In this document: piece by piece, positions 52,153-62,072 of the stretch
Position numbering within the stretch: position 1 is the stretch's first letter
How the letters are laid out: each line of letters begins with the position of its first letter
NCBI GenBank assembly: GCA_019058365.1
Contig: JAHPZE010000007.1
Location: forward strand, 1-64,000
DNA from: Promethearchaeota archaeon
Lineage (GTDB): Archaea > Asgardarchaeota > Lokiarchaeia > Sigyniarchaeales > SOKP01
Direction: 5' to 3'
Length of the DNA stretch: 64,000 nt
The notes under the pieces: model-generated
Told to the model about the DNA's origin: nothing
Seen by the model: the letters and a program-made list of their open reading frames with translations, nothing else
Databases searched by the model: none
Position numbers and translations under genes: made by a program

Positions 52153-53481
52153 TTATTCAATTAATTGTGTTTTTCCAGTTCCCCAAAGCCCAAGAGCTAC
52201 TCCTAATTCCTTATGTTGTTTAGCAACATCTCTTACATTCTTCCCTTCCATTACAGCATCTATCGCTTGTCTGAATGCTTTCGCTCCGGCGATTGGCCCA
52301 TCAGGATGACTATGGATACCACCACCACTACCAATGAGGATATCTTTACCTGCCTCTTGTATACATTTCTCTACCATTCCTTGTGTAATTCCACCACTTG
52401 GCATCGGTAAAGTTGGTTTAATGTGTTGTAATGGATATCTTAATGCTTTAAGATTCTGTTCATATCTCTCATCCAAAATTTCAGCTTTACCATAGGGAGC
52501 GGGAATTACTACAGAGTCTGCGCCACAAATTCTTGGTAATTTCGCAAAAGTTAACATACTTGTCATTCCTGTCCATTCTCCTCCAAAGTAAGCACCACCA
52601 AAATCCATGTGTCCTAATATTGGGACTTTTATTGAAGGATCTTCTGCTATTTGTCTTAAAGCTTCATAACCCGTTGTTAGGTAATTAATCATTAAAGCAT
52701 TTGCTCCTAATTCGATCATTTTATCAGCGTATTCAAACATTTCAGGGAATTTAGTTGTAATATTAATTGTATATAATGTTTTTTCTCCTTTTTCAGAATC
52801 CGCTCGGTCTACCGCTTCCATTACTTTAACAATTCTGTCTTCAAGAGTATTAAATGAGGGGTTTGAAATTAACTCATCATCTTTTACTACATCACATCCC
52901 CCAACTGCTGCTTTATATACTAAATCAGCTGCAACTTCACATGTATGTCCTGTACAAGGCTTTACCATATTATTTAATAAAGGACGTTCAGGGATATTCA
53001 TTAATTTTCGAATGCCATCAATACCAAACTTAGGACCTTTGAAATCTTCTAACCAACCTTTAGGAAAAGCTAGATCTACTAACTTTAGGCCATGTGTTAT
53101 GCTGATATTTCCAATCACGGTAGTAAATAACATGGGAATGCCCATCCCTTTGATATTCACAATTGGAAAGCCGATTTGAACGAAATATGTTCTTTCTTTA
53201 ATATCCTTGGGGATGATATACTCATACATAGGGAGTTCATACACACCTAATACTCTTGCCACATGATATTTTCTGACTTCTTCTGTCTCTGCAGGAACTC
53301 TAACCCATGTTCCAGTCGACTGTTCAATTGCAGCAAATCTTGATAAATAGTTGACATTTTGACCCTTAGGGCGTTTAATGATATAACTCGCAATAATGTA
53401 TTTTTCTAAATCAATGCCATCTAATCCTATTGCTTCAGGAACATCATAATACTGTTCACAGCTAGGAAAATTTTCTTCCAT
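52153..53481 (-). CDS. RuBisCO-like protein (form IV)
   Basis: EQSTGTW, GPKFG, KDDE, SGG, GGGIHSHP motifs; KPC replaces KPK and HM replaces HR. Confidence 0.9.
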   Translation of the reverse strand: MEENFPSCEQYYDVPEAIGLDGIDLEKYIIASYIIKRPKGQNVNYLSRFAAIEQSTGTWVRVPAETEEVRKYHVARVLGVYELPMYEYIIPKDIKERTYFVQIGFPIVNIKGMGIPMLFTTVIGNISITHGLKLVDLAFPKGWLEDFKGPKFGIDGIRKLMNIPERPLLNNMVKPCTGHTCEVAADLVYKAAVGGCDVVKDDELISNPSFNTLEDRIVKVMEAVDRADSEKGEKTLYTINITTKFPEMFEYADKMIELGANALMINYLTTGYEALRQIAEDPSIKVPILGHMDFGGAYFGGEWTGMTSMLTFAKLPRICGADSVVIPAPYGKAEILDERYEQNLKALRYPLQHIKPTLPMPSGGITQGMVEKCIQEAGKDILIGSGGGIHSHPDGPIAGAKAFRQAIDAVMEGKNVRDVAKQHKELGVALGLWGTGKTQLIE

Positions 53482-53580
53482 ATTCTTCTCACTCTAAATT
53501 ATTAAATATTCTAATGGAAATTAATGTTAATCAATACTAAAGTTTTATGCTTGAAAAAAAAAAGTAAAAAAAAAAATAGA

Positions 53581-54696
53581 TTAGATTTTTGCTTTCGCTT
53601 CAGCTTTCGCTGTTGCTTTAATAGTTGTATAGGAATTTTCCAGAACAGTTAAATATTCAATTAACACTTGGCTTGCTTTTGATTTTTGGTCATATACCTT
53701 CTTAATGATGTTTAAAAGGTATTTAGGAAAAATCAGATCTAAATAAAAATCAGAAAGCAAAGCATAGTATTCATTATTCCTTTCGTCTTGGAACACTTGG
53801 ATCATTTGAGTATCCCACAGTAACTTTAATACATCATCAAGATCGTCAACACCTTTCTTTCTTAATTTCTCAAGATCATTTTTCGTTACAATAGCAGTTC
53901 TTAATAACCGTAGTGTTTCATAAACTTGAGGATTAATAAGAATGTCTATGATTCTAAGATTATCTCCCTCTGTTGGGCGGTAATTTTGGAAAAATTTCTT
54001 AACTTCTATTCTGTAATCATCTGAAAGTTGAGAAGGTAGACCACGGCTTGATGGATCACCCAGAATTTTTACAGGAGGAACTCTTAAGGCTACGACATCT
54101 TGTATTAAAAATATAAGTTCTGATGGCATACCCTTTACTGAAGTTTCTTTTACAATTTCTCGTTTGACTAGTTCTATTAATACACCTTCTAAATCTACGA
54201 AGCCTTGTTTATATTGATCTTTAAGCCATACCATCAATTCAGATTTGGAAACTACACCTTCATCTCTTAAACGATTGATGATTAGCCGTTTGATTTCATC
54301 TTGATATGTTATTGCAAGGCGTTGTTCATTATTGAGAGTGGGATAAACGGATAGTCTTCTAAAAAGATTGGGGATCATTTCTACATAAGTATCGTCTCTA
54401 ATATTTTGCAATATTATTCGAGAAATATCAATTAAGCCTCCCTCATAAGAATCTGGATCATCATCTAAACTTAAAAGCAAAAGAATGTAGAATCCTTTAT
54501 CAGGTCCAGTGTAATAAGAGGCAATATTTAAAGATCCAATCATTAAGCTAATCATTCCAGATTCGCCGCTATATTCATGAGTGCTGTAAACTTGCATCAA
54601 TGTTTTATCAGTTATATTAATTTCTTCAGGATATTTAGCTAAAATTTCAGTACCTACTCTTTCATCCCATCTCATTACTACTAATCCGACTGGCAT
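53581..54696 (-). CDS. Conserved hypothetical protein; longin/uDENN-like N-terminus plus winged-helix-like segments
   Basis: VVMRWDERVGTEILAKYPE resembles the uDENN beta1-beta2 pattern; TAATG overlap with the upstream gene. Confidence 0.6.
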   Translation of the reverse strand: MPVGLVVMRWDERVGTEILAKYPEEINITDKTLMQVYSTHEYSGESGMISLMIGSLNIASYYTGPDKGFYILLLLSLDDDPDSYEGGLIDISRIILQNIRDDTYVEMIPNLFRRLSVYPTLNNEQRLAITYQDEIKRLIINRLRDEGVVSKSELMVWLKDQYKQGFVDLEGVLIELVKREIVKETSVKGMPSELIFLIQDVVALRVPPVKILGDPSSRGLPSQLSDDYRIEVKKFFQNYRPTEGDNLRIIDILINPQVYETLRLLRTAIVTKNDLEKLRKKGVDDLDDVLKLLWDTQMIQVFQDERNNEYYALLSDFYLDLIFPKYLLNIIKKVYDQKSKASQVLIEYLTVLENSYTTIKATAKAEAKAKI

Positions 54697-57600
54697 TAAT
54701 CAGCACCTCCATTTGGTTCATCTAATTCTTCTTCTGGTTCGAAATGCTCTTCTTCTTTCTTTTCTTCTGGTTCGAAATGCTCTTCTTCTTTCACTTTACG
54801 TAATTTCTTCGGCTTTTCTTCTTTCATTTCGGGTAATTTCTTTTTCTTACCTTTTAATCCCATGGAATCTCTTAAAGATAATCCAATATTTTCCCACTTA
54901 TCTCCGAGCATCTTTACTATGTATTCTTCTTTTGTTGGGTATAATAATGACTCTGAAATTATTTTGTTTCCTTTGATGTCTTTTTTCATGCTTTTCGCTT
55001 TTTTGACAAATGTGGGGATTCTGCGTTGTTGAATTACTCTATATGAAACAAGACTACCTGCTACAGCCGCAATCGCGCCCACTATTATTAAGAAATAAAA
55101 AGTAGGTACTCCAGGAAAAATTTCTGCTATTGACACCACAACAGTAAAATCATGAGTTTCAGAAGTAAAATTCGCTTTTTCAATAGTAAGTGTAGCTATA
55201 AAGGTTTCAGGCATAAAAAACGGTTCAGCTATTGGAAATGTATTAACTGAATAAGTACCGTCACCATTATCAATAATGAAATTACTATCGGTAGTATAAA
55301 CAATGCCTCTTATAGTGAGCGTTAAATATGCTCCAATAACTGGAACCGAGCTATTATTAGGATCAGTGAGTGTTATTAGAAATTGTACAGTTCCTCCGGA
55401 AGCTAAATGAATTATAGTACCCACAGAAAACAGCTGATCAAACTCCCTTTTATTAATAGTTAGAGAGATTATTGCTACTCTAAAATCATAATTATCCTTA
55501 TTTAATGTAACTACAATGGAATATTCTCCTGCTTGAAGGGTTTCTGTGTTGAGATCTAAAATATATTGATGCCCAGCAGTTTCGTGTAAGAATCCAGTAA
55601 TTGCACTACCTAGAATTGGATTTCCATTCGCATCAAGTTTGACCATTATAAAACTCTTCTCATCAGCATTCTCTATAATCTTGGAAGTTAGAAAGTCAGT
55701 AAACTGGAATGTGAAGTTGAGAGGATCTAAGACATACAATTTTTGGCTTATATATAAAACATCTTCGTTTGAATTCAATGATGTTAACCGATTAATAATA
55801 TTTATAATGAGACTAGGACTTGGTACCCCATTACTAAAGTTTTGTTTCACTGCTAATATATTGATTGTATAAGTACCAATATCAGTTACATTACCCGTAT
55901 TAAAGAAAAATGAATAATATCCCGGACCTTTTATGACATCTGATTTTATTTGACCCGATCCAAAAGCCCAACTATATGAGACATCTGCATTCGTGATCGG
56001 AGCACTAGAAATCAATTCTGTAAAATAAAATGTTATTCCAAACGTTTCATTCCAATATTCTGTCAAGGTGTATGATGGAAATTCATTACCTGTGGTATAA
56101 TCATGAATAGTTAACGTTGTTAATACCAACTTTACTTTAAAGGGAATCTGAAGTGGACTTGGTGGTGTATATGGCGTCGGAGTAGTTTTACTAGCGTAGA
56201 TATAAATATGATACGACTCGCCTCCTATGAATGAAAATTGTGAAGTATTGAAAGTATAGCTGTAGACACCTTTAGAAGTATTAAAGCCAATCAAGTTAAT
56301 CGATGATCCCAAAGCGTGTAAAGATTCATCACGAAATTGGAGGTATATTGTAGTGGGATTTGCTAATACTGGAGTTTGGCTTTGATACTGAGTTGTAAAA
56401 TTAAAACTAATTGTAACATTGTCCCTCCAATAGATACCTGTTGTAAAATTTGAGGGATTTTGAGATATCAGCGTTAAATAAGTTTGGTAATCTGTAACAA
56501 TATATTCAACAATAAGAGAACTTTGTACAACCTGAGAAGTATAGTTTTCTTTGTCAAATGTTACTGTTATTGTATATGTCCCATCTGGTAAACTAGCTGT
56601 ATCAAAACCTATAAGATAATATACTTCGTTGAGTGAATCATATCCAAGAGATCCACTACCGGATGCTGTGCCATTGTAAGAATATGATTGCGTATCCAAA
56701 TTAGTAATGGATGTACTTGTTAAATCATCCATATAAAAATATGTTAAATTCAATATTTCTCCGATTTTAATAGTAAAAATTTCAGTACTATTAACAGATG
56801 TTGGGCGATCTTCAATTGTTAATGAAATTACAGCAGATCTTATTTCATAATTAATTTTATCTAAAGTTATAAATACAAAGTAATTTCCAAGTTGCATATT
56901 CTCTGTATTAAGGTCTAATATATATCTATGATCAACAGTTTCGTTCAATGAACCAACTTTATATGCTCCTGGTATAGGATTTCCAGATCCATCAAGTTTT
57001 TGCCAATTATAACTTGCTTCATCTGGATTTGAAATTCGAGTGGATGTTAAAACATCAGTATAATTAAATTCAAAATATTGTGTTTCTAAAGCATATACAC
57101 TTTCACTAAGAAAAATCATAGTCTTGGTACCATTCATTTCTGTTGGCCTTAAAAGGATAGTAAGATAAATACTAAAAGCATCAATTTTAGTATAATTTTC
57201 AAGAGCAGCAGAGATATCAATTCTATAAGTTCCTACAGTGGGGGTATCCGCAGTATTAAGTTCAAATGTATAATATCCGGGATTTATTGGATCTGGATTT
57301 ATAGGACCAGAACCATAGTCCCAATCATAAGCAACTCTATTAGTCGTAAGAGAACTCTTTGTGTTATTATCAAAATATTTAACAGTTATGTTGATGACTT
57401 CATTGTAGTACTGCGATATTTTATTCGTTGTTAACTCAATAAGCGTTGTATAATTATGAAAACTGATTCCAGTTGGTTTTGTGTTTATTGTAATAAGAGA
57501 GTATATTGGTGCTGGATCAATATACCCTAGTTTACTTCCTCTAATTTCAATCCAGTAATCTTCACCACTATCTCCCGCTGAGAATTCACTTGAATTAATA

Positions 57601-60308
57601 GTAGTTGTAAAAATTCCATCTCCAATCCCTTTACTCATGTCATAAGATTTAATCCCTCCTACACGAAGAAAAATTTCATCAGGATCATTTAATCCATTCC
57701 ACCCGACACCACCATTTGTTGTAATGGTATAATTAACACTAAAAGTCATATTTTCACCCCAAGTTACAACCGAATCTCCTGTAAAATCAATAAACATTGA
57801 ATCATAATCATCGATATCTATTTGAACTTTAAACACAAGTGTAGTATTAGATGTTAAAGAATAATTGTAGTGATCAACGAAACCAACAGGTTTCCATTTA
57901 TCTGACATATTTACTACAAAGTTTTTATCAACGCCATAAAAATTTACGATAAATGTATAATTTTCTGACGGATTTCTTAAATACCAGAATTCTGACTCAC
58001 TATTTATCTGTCCATGTGCATAACCATTACTATCAGTTAATAGGTTGGCAATTGTATATCCAGTAGAATTCTTTACTGTCACAATACAAGATTGGATAGG
58101 TACAATTGCAGGCTTTTGGTCAATAGTTCGGATTTCCAATTTAGCTAATGATGTTTTATTATATATATTGCATGCTTCGAGGGTGTCTACTTGAATTGTA
58201 CCATTACAAGGAGTTTGAGTTGTAATATTAAAACCTCGAACATCAATAAACAACCCATAAGCCTTAAAATTATCATCTTTTAGAGCATTGCTTTCTAAAG
58301 GTGGTGTTCTTATATTTATCTCAATAAAATCTTGTTGACCTCCATAATATGAATTATTGAAATAAATAAGATGATCTTCGCTAAATTGACCATCTTTATC
58401 TAAGTAATAGATTTTGACAGTATCAAGAAAATCTGTCATTTTTTCCAATGTAATATTAGCTTTAAGCAACAGTTTATTTCCAACTTCTGTACTTGATCCA
58501 TTTGTATAAATATACTCTTGAACGTGATATTCACTTCCAGTTAATATATTTGATTGATTTACCCATATTATATGGTTATAAAATTTTCCCTCAAGTATGT
58601 AATTATTTCTATATACATAACTTTCATTCAATGGAATTGGAATGTCATTGTAATCTCTATTATCATACCAAATTTTATAATAATATTGTGTATCATTTTT
58701 CCAACGAAAAGTCGCCTTTCCATCGTTGAGTCTTAGTGATTCTAACACTTCTCCTGACGGGGTTTCACTAACATTAACATATGCATAATTAACAGGATCT
58801 CCATCCCAATCTATAATGTCAAAATCTATTGTCCATAGATTTAATGTAATATCTTCACTTTGGGTAAGTCTTGTAAAATTATATATATCATTATTTACAG
58901 AGTTATTATAAACAACCATTTCTTTTCCAGAAGTACTTAACGTATAATTAACAGTGATATTGTAAGGTCCTGGTTCTAAATCGTTAAACATTACAGATCC
59001 ATTTAAACCTGTTGTTTTATAATTTAAAATGGTACCAGTAGTATAATTTCTTAAATAAACTACTGCATTTGGTACAATTCTTCCATCAACATCGTATGTA
59101 GTAATAGTAACATCTGAAAATTGAGATTCTTCCTCTTGTAACTCAGTTGTTATATCAGTATAATTGTATAAACCATCAATTTCATTAAGTGTAAGTGCAT
59201 AATCGTAAAATCTAATATCATCAATTTGTCCTGAAAAATATCCCCCAGTTTCAGTTGGACAACATTCTCTATAGGCTATACCTACACCACCAGAGTCTGC
59301 ATTAATAGTTCCAGTAGGATTTGTAGAATCTTTTAAATCTCCATCCACATACATTATTTTCGCTGCTAAAGACCTGTCATAAGTACCTATAAATAGATGC
59401 CAATTTTGAGGATCTGGTACACTATATTGGGAGCCATATCGCCAACCAGTATCATAAATGATAAAAGCCATATTTCTGGTATTATAACCAGAAGTTCCTA
59501 ATATATAAGCACTGTATTTACTTACTATTTGCCAAACACCCCCATAACCAGTAGTCAGATCTGATTTTACCCAGGCTGATACGGTTATCGCATTCGTTGG
59601 ATTTATATTTGGAAGATTAACACGCTCACCCTGACCTCCTTCCGGACCATCAAAATTAAGGCAATAATCTCCCATTTTTCCGGTTACCCAATCACTGGAT
59701 TCCATTAAATAGAGATCTCCATCGGCATAATTACCCATTGAATCTGAAACCTTAATCCCAGTACCTTCATCAAATCTGTACCATGCTAAACCGAAACGAT
59801 TATCTTTATTATAATAGTCTATATCATGCTCAACATCTTTATTGCCATAATAGAGGTATGTATCATATTCAGATTGACCTGATGAGCAATTCGTTTCGAA
59901 CCATATAGTAGCAAAATCCCCTTTAGGATAATCTTTTTGAACAAAATACTCTCTTAGAATCCCGTTTTCCACGATTCTTACATCTTTTAAGCTAGAATTC
60001 ATTTTTCCTTCATCAACAAATCCAGAATAATTAAATTCTATTGAAACAATATAATCAGTTAAATCTTCAGCTTTAGGATTGGTAATGTTTATTAATCTTC
60101 TATATAGAAAAGTTATGTTCCACCAAGGATCTTCACCTATTAATGCAGGGTTTATCTGTTGTGAATCTTTCGACTCAGCTGTTTTATCAAGTTCATTTTT
60201 GATATTAAAAATGTTAGCTAATTGACTGGTAGCTAATGGAAGGACTATAAAAACCGCTAATAGAAGAATTAAAATTTTAATTCTTTTTTCTTTAGTATAT
60301 GTTTGCAT
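54696..60308 (-). CDS. 1870-aa cell-surface glycoprotein: signal anchor, DUF2341, LamG, Ig-like repeats, TM helix, charged cytoplasmic tail
   Basis: WWNITFLYRRLINITN, WYRFDEG...GQIDDIRFYDYAL, internally duplicated Ig-like blocks, many NxS/T sequons, TM near the C-terminus. Confidence 0.85.
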   Translation of the reverse strand: MQTYTKEKRIKILILLLAVFIVLPLATSQLANIFNIKNELDKTAESKDSQQINPALIGEDPWWNITFLYRRLINITNPKAEDLTDYIVSIEFNYSGFVDEGKMNSSLKDVRIVENGILREYFVQKDYPKGDFATIWFETNCSSGQSEYDTYLYYGNKDVEHDIDYYNKDNRFGLAWYRFDEGTGIKVSDSMGNYADGDLYLMESSDWVTGKMGDYCLNFDGPEGGQGERVNLPNINPTNAITVSAWVKSDLTTGYGGVWQIVSKYSAYILGTSGYNTRNMAFIIYDTGWRYGSQYSVPDPQNWHLFIGTYDRSLAAKIMYVDGDLKDSTNPTGTINADSGGVGIAYRECCPTETGGYFSGQIDDIRFYDYALTLNEIDGLYNYTDITTELQEEESQFSDVTITTYDVDGRIVPNAVVYLRNYTTGTILNYKTTGLNGSVMFNDLEPGPYNITVNYTLSTSGKEMVVYNNSVNNDIYNFTRLTQSEDITLNLWTIDFDIIDWDGDPVNYAYVNVSETPSGEVLESLRLNDGKATFRWKNDTQYYYKIWYDNRDYNDIPIPLNESYVYRNNYILEGKFYNHIIWVNQSNILTGSEYHVQEYIYTNGSSTEVGNKLLLKANITLEKMTDFLDTVKIYYLDKDGQFSEDHLIYFNNSYYGGQQDFIEINIRTPPLESNALKDDNFKAYGLFIDVRGFNITTQTPCNGTIQVDTLEACNIYNKTSLAKLEIRTIDQKPAIVPIQSCIVTVKNSTGYTIANLLTDSNGYAHGQINSESEFWYLRNPSENYTFIVNFYGVDKNFVVNMSDKWKPVGFVDHYNYSLTSNTTLVFKVQIDIDDYDSMFIDFTGDSVVTWGENMTFSVNYTITTNGGVGWNGLNDPDEIFLRVGGIKSYDMSKGIGDGIFTTTINSSEFSAGDSGEDYWIEIRGSKLGYIDPAPIYSLITINTKPTGISFHNYTTLIELTTNKISQYYNEVINITVKYFDNNTKSSLTTNRVAYDWDYGSGPINPDPINPGYYTFELNTADTPTVGTYRIDISAALENYTKIDAFSIYLTILLRPTEMNGTKTMIFLSESVYALETQYFEFNYTDVLTSTRISNPDEASYNWQKLDGSGNPIPGAYKVGSLNETVDHRYILDLNTENMQLGNYFVFITLDKINYEIRSAVISLTIEDRPTSVNSTEIFTIKIGEILNLTYFYMDDLTSTSITNLDTQSYSYNGTASGSGSLGYDSLNEVYYLIGFDTASLPDGTYTITVTFDKENYTSQVVQSSLIVEYIVTDYQTYLTLISQNPSNFTTGIYWRDNVTISFNFTTQYQSQTPVLANPTTIYLQFRDESLHALGSSINLIGFNTSKGVYSYTFNTSQFSFIGGESYHIYIYASKTTPTPYTPPSPLQIPFKVKLVLTTLTIHDYTTGNEFPSYTLTEYWNETFGITFYFTELISSAPITNADVSYSWAFGSGQIKSDVIKGPGYYSFFFNTGNVTDIGTYTINILAVKQNFSNGVPSPSLIINIINRLTSLNSNEDVLYISQKLYVLDPLNFTFQFTDFLTSKIIENADEKSFIMVKLDANGNPILGSAITGFLHETAGHQYILDLNTETLQAGEYSIVVTLNKDNYDFRVAIISLTINKREFDQLFSVGTIIHLASGGTVQFLITLTDPNNSSVPVIGAYLTLTIRGIVYTTDSNFIIDNGDGTYSVNTFPIAEPFFMPETFIATLTIEKANFTSETHDFTVVVSIAEIFPGVPTFYFLIIVGAIAAVAGSLVSYRVIQQRRIPTFVKKAKSMKKDIKGNKIISESLLYPTKEEYIVKMLGDKWENIGLSLRDSMGLKGKKKKLPEMKEEKPKKLRKVKEEEHFEPEEKKEEEHFEPEEELDEPNGGAD
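54729..54792. repeat. 33-bp-period duplication encoding KEEEHFEPEE twice
   Basis: TTCTTCTGGTTCGAAATGCTCTTCTTCTTTC at 54729 and 54762. Confidence 0.85.
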
Positions 60309-60762
60309 TTTTAATTCCTTTTTTTATTTTTATTAAATAAATTTTAAAAAAATGTTTTAAAAAAAACAGATTTTTATCATTTAATATGTAAATTTTACTA
60401 TTTAACTTTTTATAAATAGAAAACTAGTTGAAAAATCTTTGACTCTTTTATAACAAAAAACTAATTAAAATCTATTTTATGTATATCTGAATTTTTTTTT
60501 ACCAATTTTAACTTATTTTGTTAGAAAAATTTATCTTAATTTCGGATAAAGAAATAAGTTTAAATCCTGCATTATAATCATTTTTGGAATAACCTAGAAT
60601 ATACATATTAAATTCAAACATTTATTTAATTCATCATTTTCAAAGTTAAAACAGTTAAAATAATTGTCCCTTTTATCCCTCATACTTATCAATTTCTAAA
60701 AGGTTAAATATTTAAATTTAGATTGAAGAATTAAAGAAAAATATGGAATTTAAATTGCTTTT

Positions 60763-61398
60763 TTATTCCTCCTTATTTAATAAAAGATAAATCTTCCTTT
60801 TCTTTTGGCTTTTTGGGTTATCTATTATGAAGTTTCCCTTAAAATCTGTATTATCTGCAATTATTTTGCCAATTTTTTCCATAATCTCTTGGTTTTTGGG
60901 ATAAAATTGAACTATTACTCGGGAATTGGGTTTTAAAATCTGAAAAAAGGATTTAAATAGATTCTTTAACAAATAAAGCATATAATTATCATGAATATCT
61001 CTATAAATCCATTGTAATGCCGAAATAGAAATAATTGCATCAAAGATGTTTGATTTAAAAGGGGGAAAACACATATCTGTAATAATTGGGTTTAAATCTT
61101 TAATATCATAATAATTTAGGAATTCAGATATAATATCAAGTGCTACAGTTCTATATCCTATTTCTCTTAAAAACATTGCAGCAAATCCTGGACCACAACC
61201 CGCATCTAAAATTAAAGCATCTTTTTTCTGAAGTTCTAATAATTCTAAAGCTCTAATAGCTATGTTTTCTTGAATTCTCATCATACTTTTAGAGGCTGCA
61301 TATTGATTTAAGATTTCACCCCTAAAATAATCTGAAACTTTAGTATAGATTTCTTCTGGCCTCTTCCTTTTAACATTGAAATAATATTTTTCGTTCAA
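60763..61398 (-). CDS. bud23: Bud23/WBSCR22-like SSU rRNA methyltransferase
   Basis: RPEE, IQ...RALELL, ILDAGCG, FDAIISISALQW, QFYPKN, DNPKSQKKRKIYLLL follow the order of the eukaryotic Bud23 motifs. Confidence 0.82.
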   Translation of the reverse strand: MNEKYYFNVKRKRPEEIYTKVSDYFRGEILNQYAASKSMMRIQENIAIRALELLELQKKDALILDAGCGPGFAAMFLREIGYRTVALDIISEFLNYYDIKDLNPIITDMCFPPFKSNIFDAIISISALQWIYRDIHDNYMLYLLKNLFKSFFQILKPNSRVIVQFYPKNQEIMEKIGKIIADNTDFKGNFIIDNPKSQKKRKIYLLLNKEE

Positions 61399-61553
61399 AT
61401 CTCATTAAACTTAAAGATTTTAATCAGATATTCAATATTGAAAAATTAACGTAAATTTTCAATAATAAATCAAAAATTTTATTAAATTTTAAATATTTAT
61501 AATTTCAATTAGATAATATTTTCTATATTATAATTAATATATTGTGATTTTCG

Positions 61554-61856
61554 GTGTCGGAAAAAGAAGAAAAACAAATAATAAGAAAAGCTACCCTGAA
61601 TCTTAGAAGAAAGTATGGAAGGACAAAACAAATTAATATTGTTGAGAGAGATGCATTTATCCCTAAAAACCTTGAGAAAGAAATAAAAGAATCAATCCTG
61701 AAAAGAAAAACAGTTTTAGCAACGGATATCGCATTAAGATATGATATAAGAGTATCAACGATAAAGTTATTGTTAAAACAATATGAAGAAGAAGGATTAA
61801 TAAGAGTACTAAACCCCTCCTTAAAATTAAAAATTTATGTGCCTTCATCGAAATAA
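61554..61856 (+). CDS. rps25e: Small-subunit ribosomal protein eS25
   Basis: 100-aa basic winged-helix protein, ...IRVSTIKLLLKQYEEEGLIR...KIY; GTG start. Confidence 0.8.
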   Translation: MSEKEEKQIIRKATLNLRRKYGRTKQINIVERDAFIPKNLEKEIKESILKRKTVLATDIALRYDIRVSTIKLLLKQYEEEGLIRVLNPSLKLKIYVPSSK

Positions 61857-61952
61857 GTTTCCCTAATTTTAAAGGGGGAAATAATTTTATTTATAAAAGG
61901 TTTTAAGCTATATAGAAAAACTTTTTTATTATTTTTTGATATAATAGATAAA

Positions 61953-62057
61953 GCAGCTGTAGCCTAGATGGTAAGACGCCGGCCTCGAGCGTTCTTAAAT
62001 ATGATCAAGAAAGCCGGTGCGCATAAGCGCTCGAGGGTTCGAATCCCTCCAGCTGCG
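61953..62057 (+). tRNA. tRNA-Ser(CGA) with 22-nt intron at 37/38 (61990-62011)
   Basis: Acceptor GCAGCTG/CAGCTGC, discriminator G, anticodon stem CCGGC/GCCGG, CT-CGA-G, long variable arm GCGC-ATAA-GCGC, T-arm GAGGG-TTCGAAT-CCCTC; no encoded CCA. Confidence 0.93.
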
Positions 62058-62072
62058 TTTCTTATTACACTT

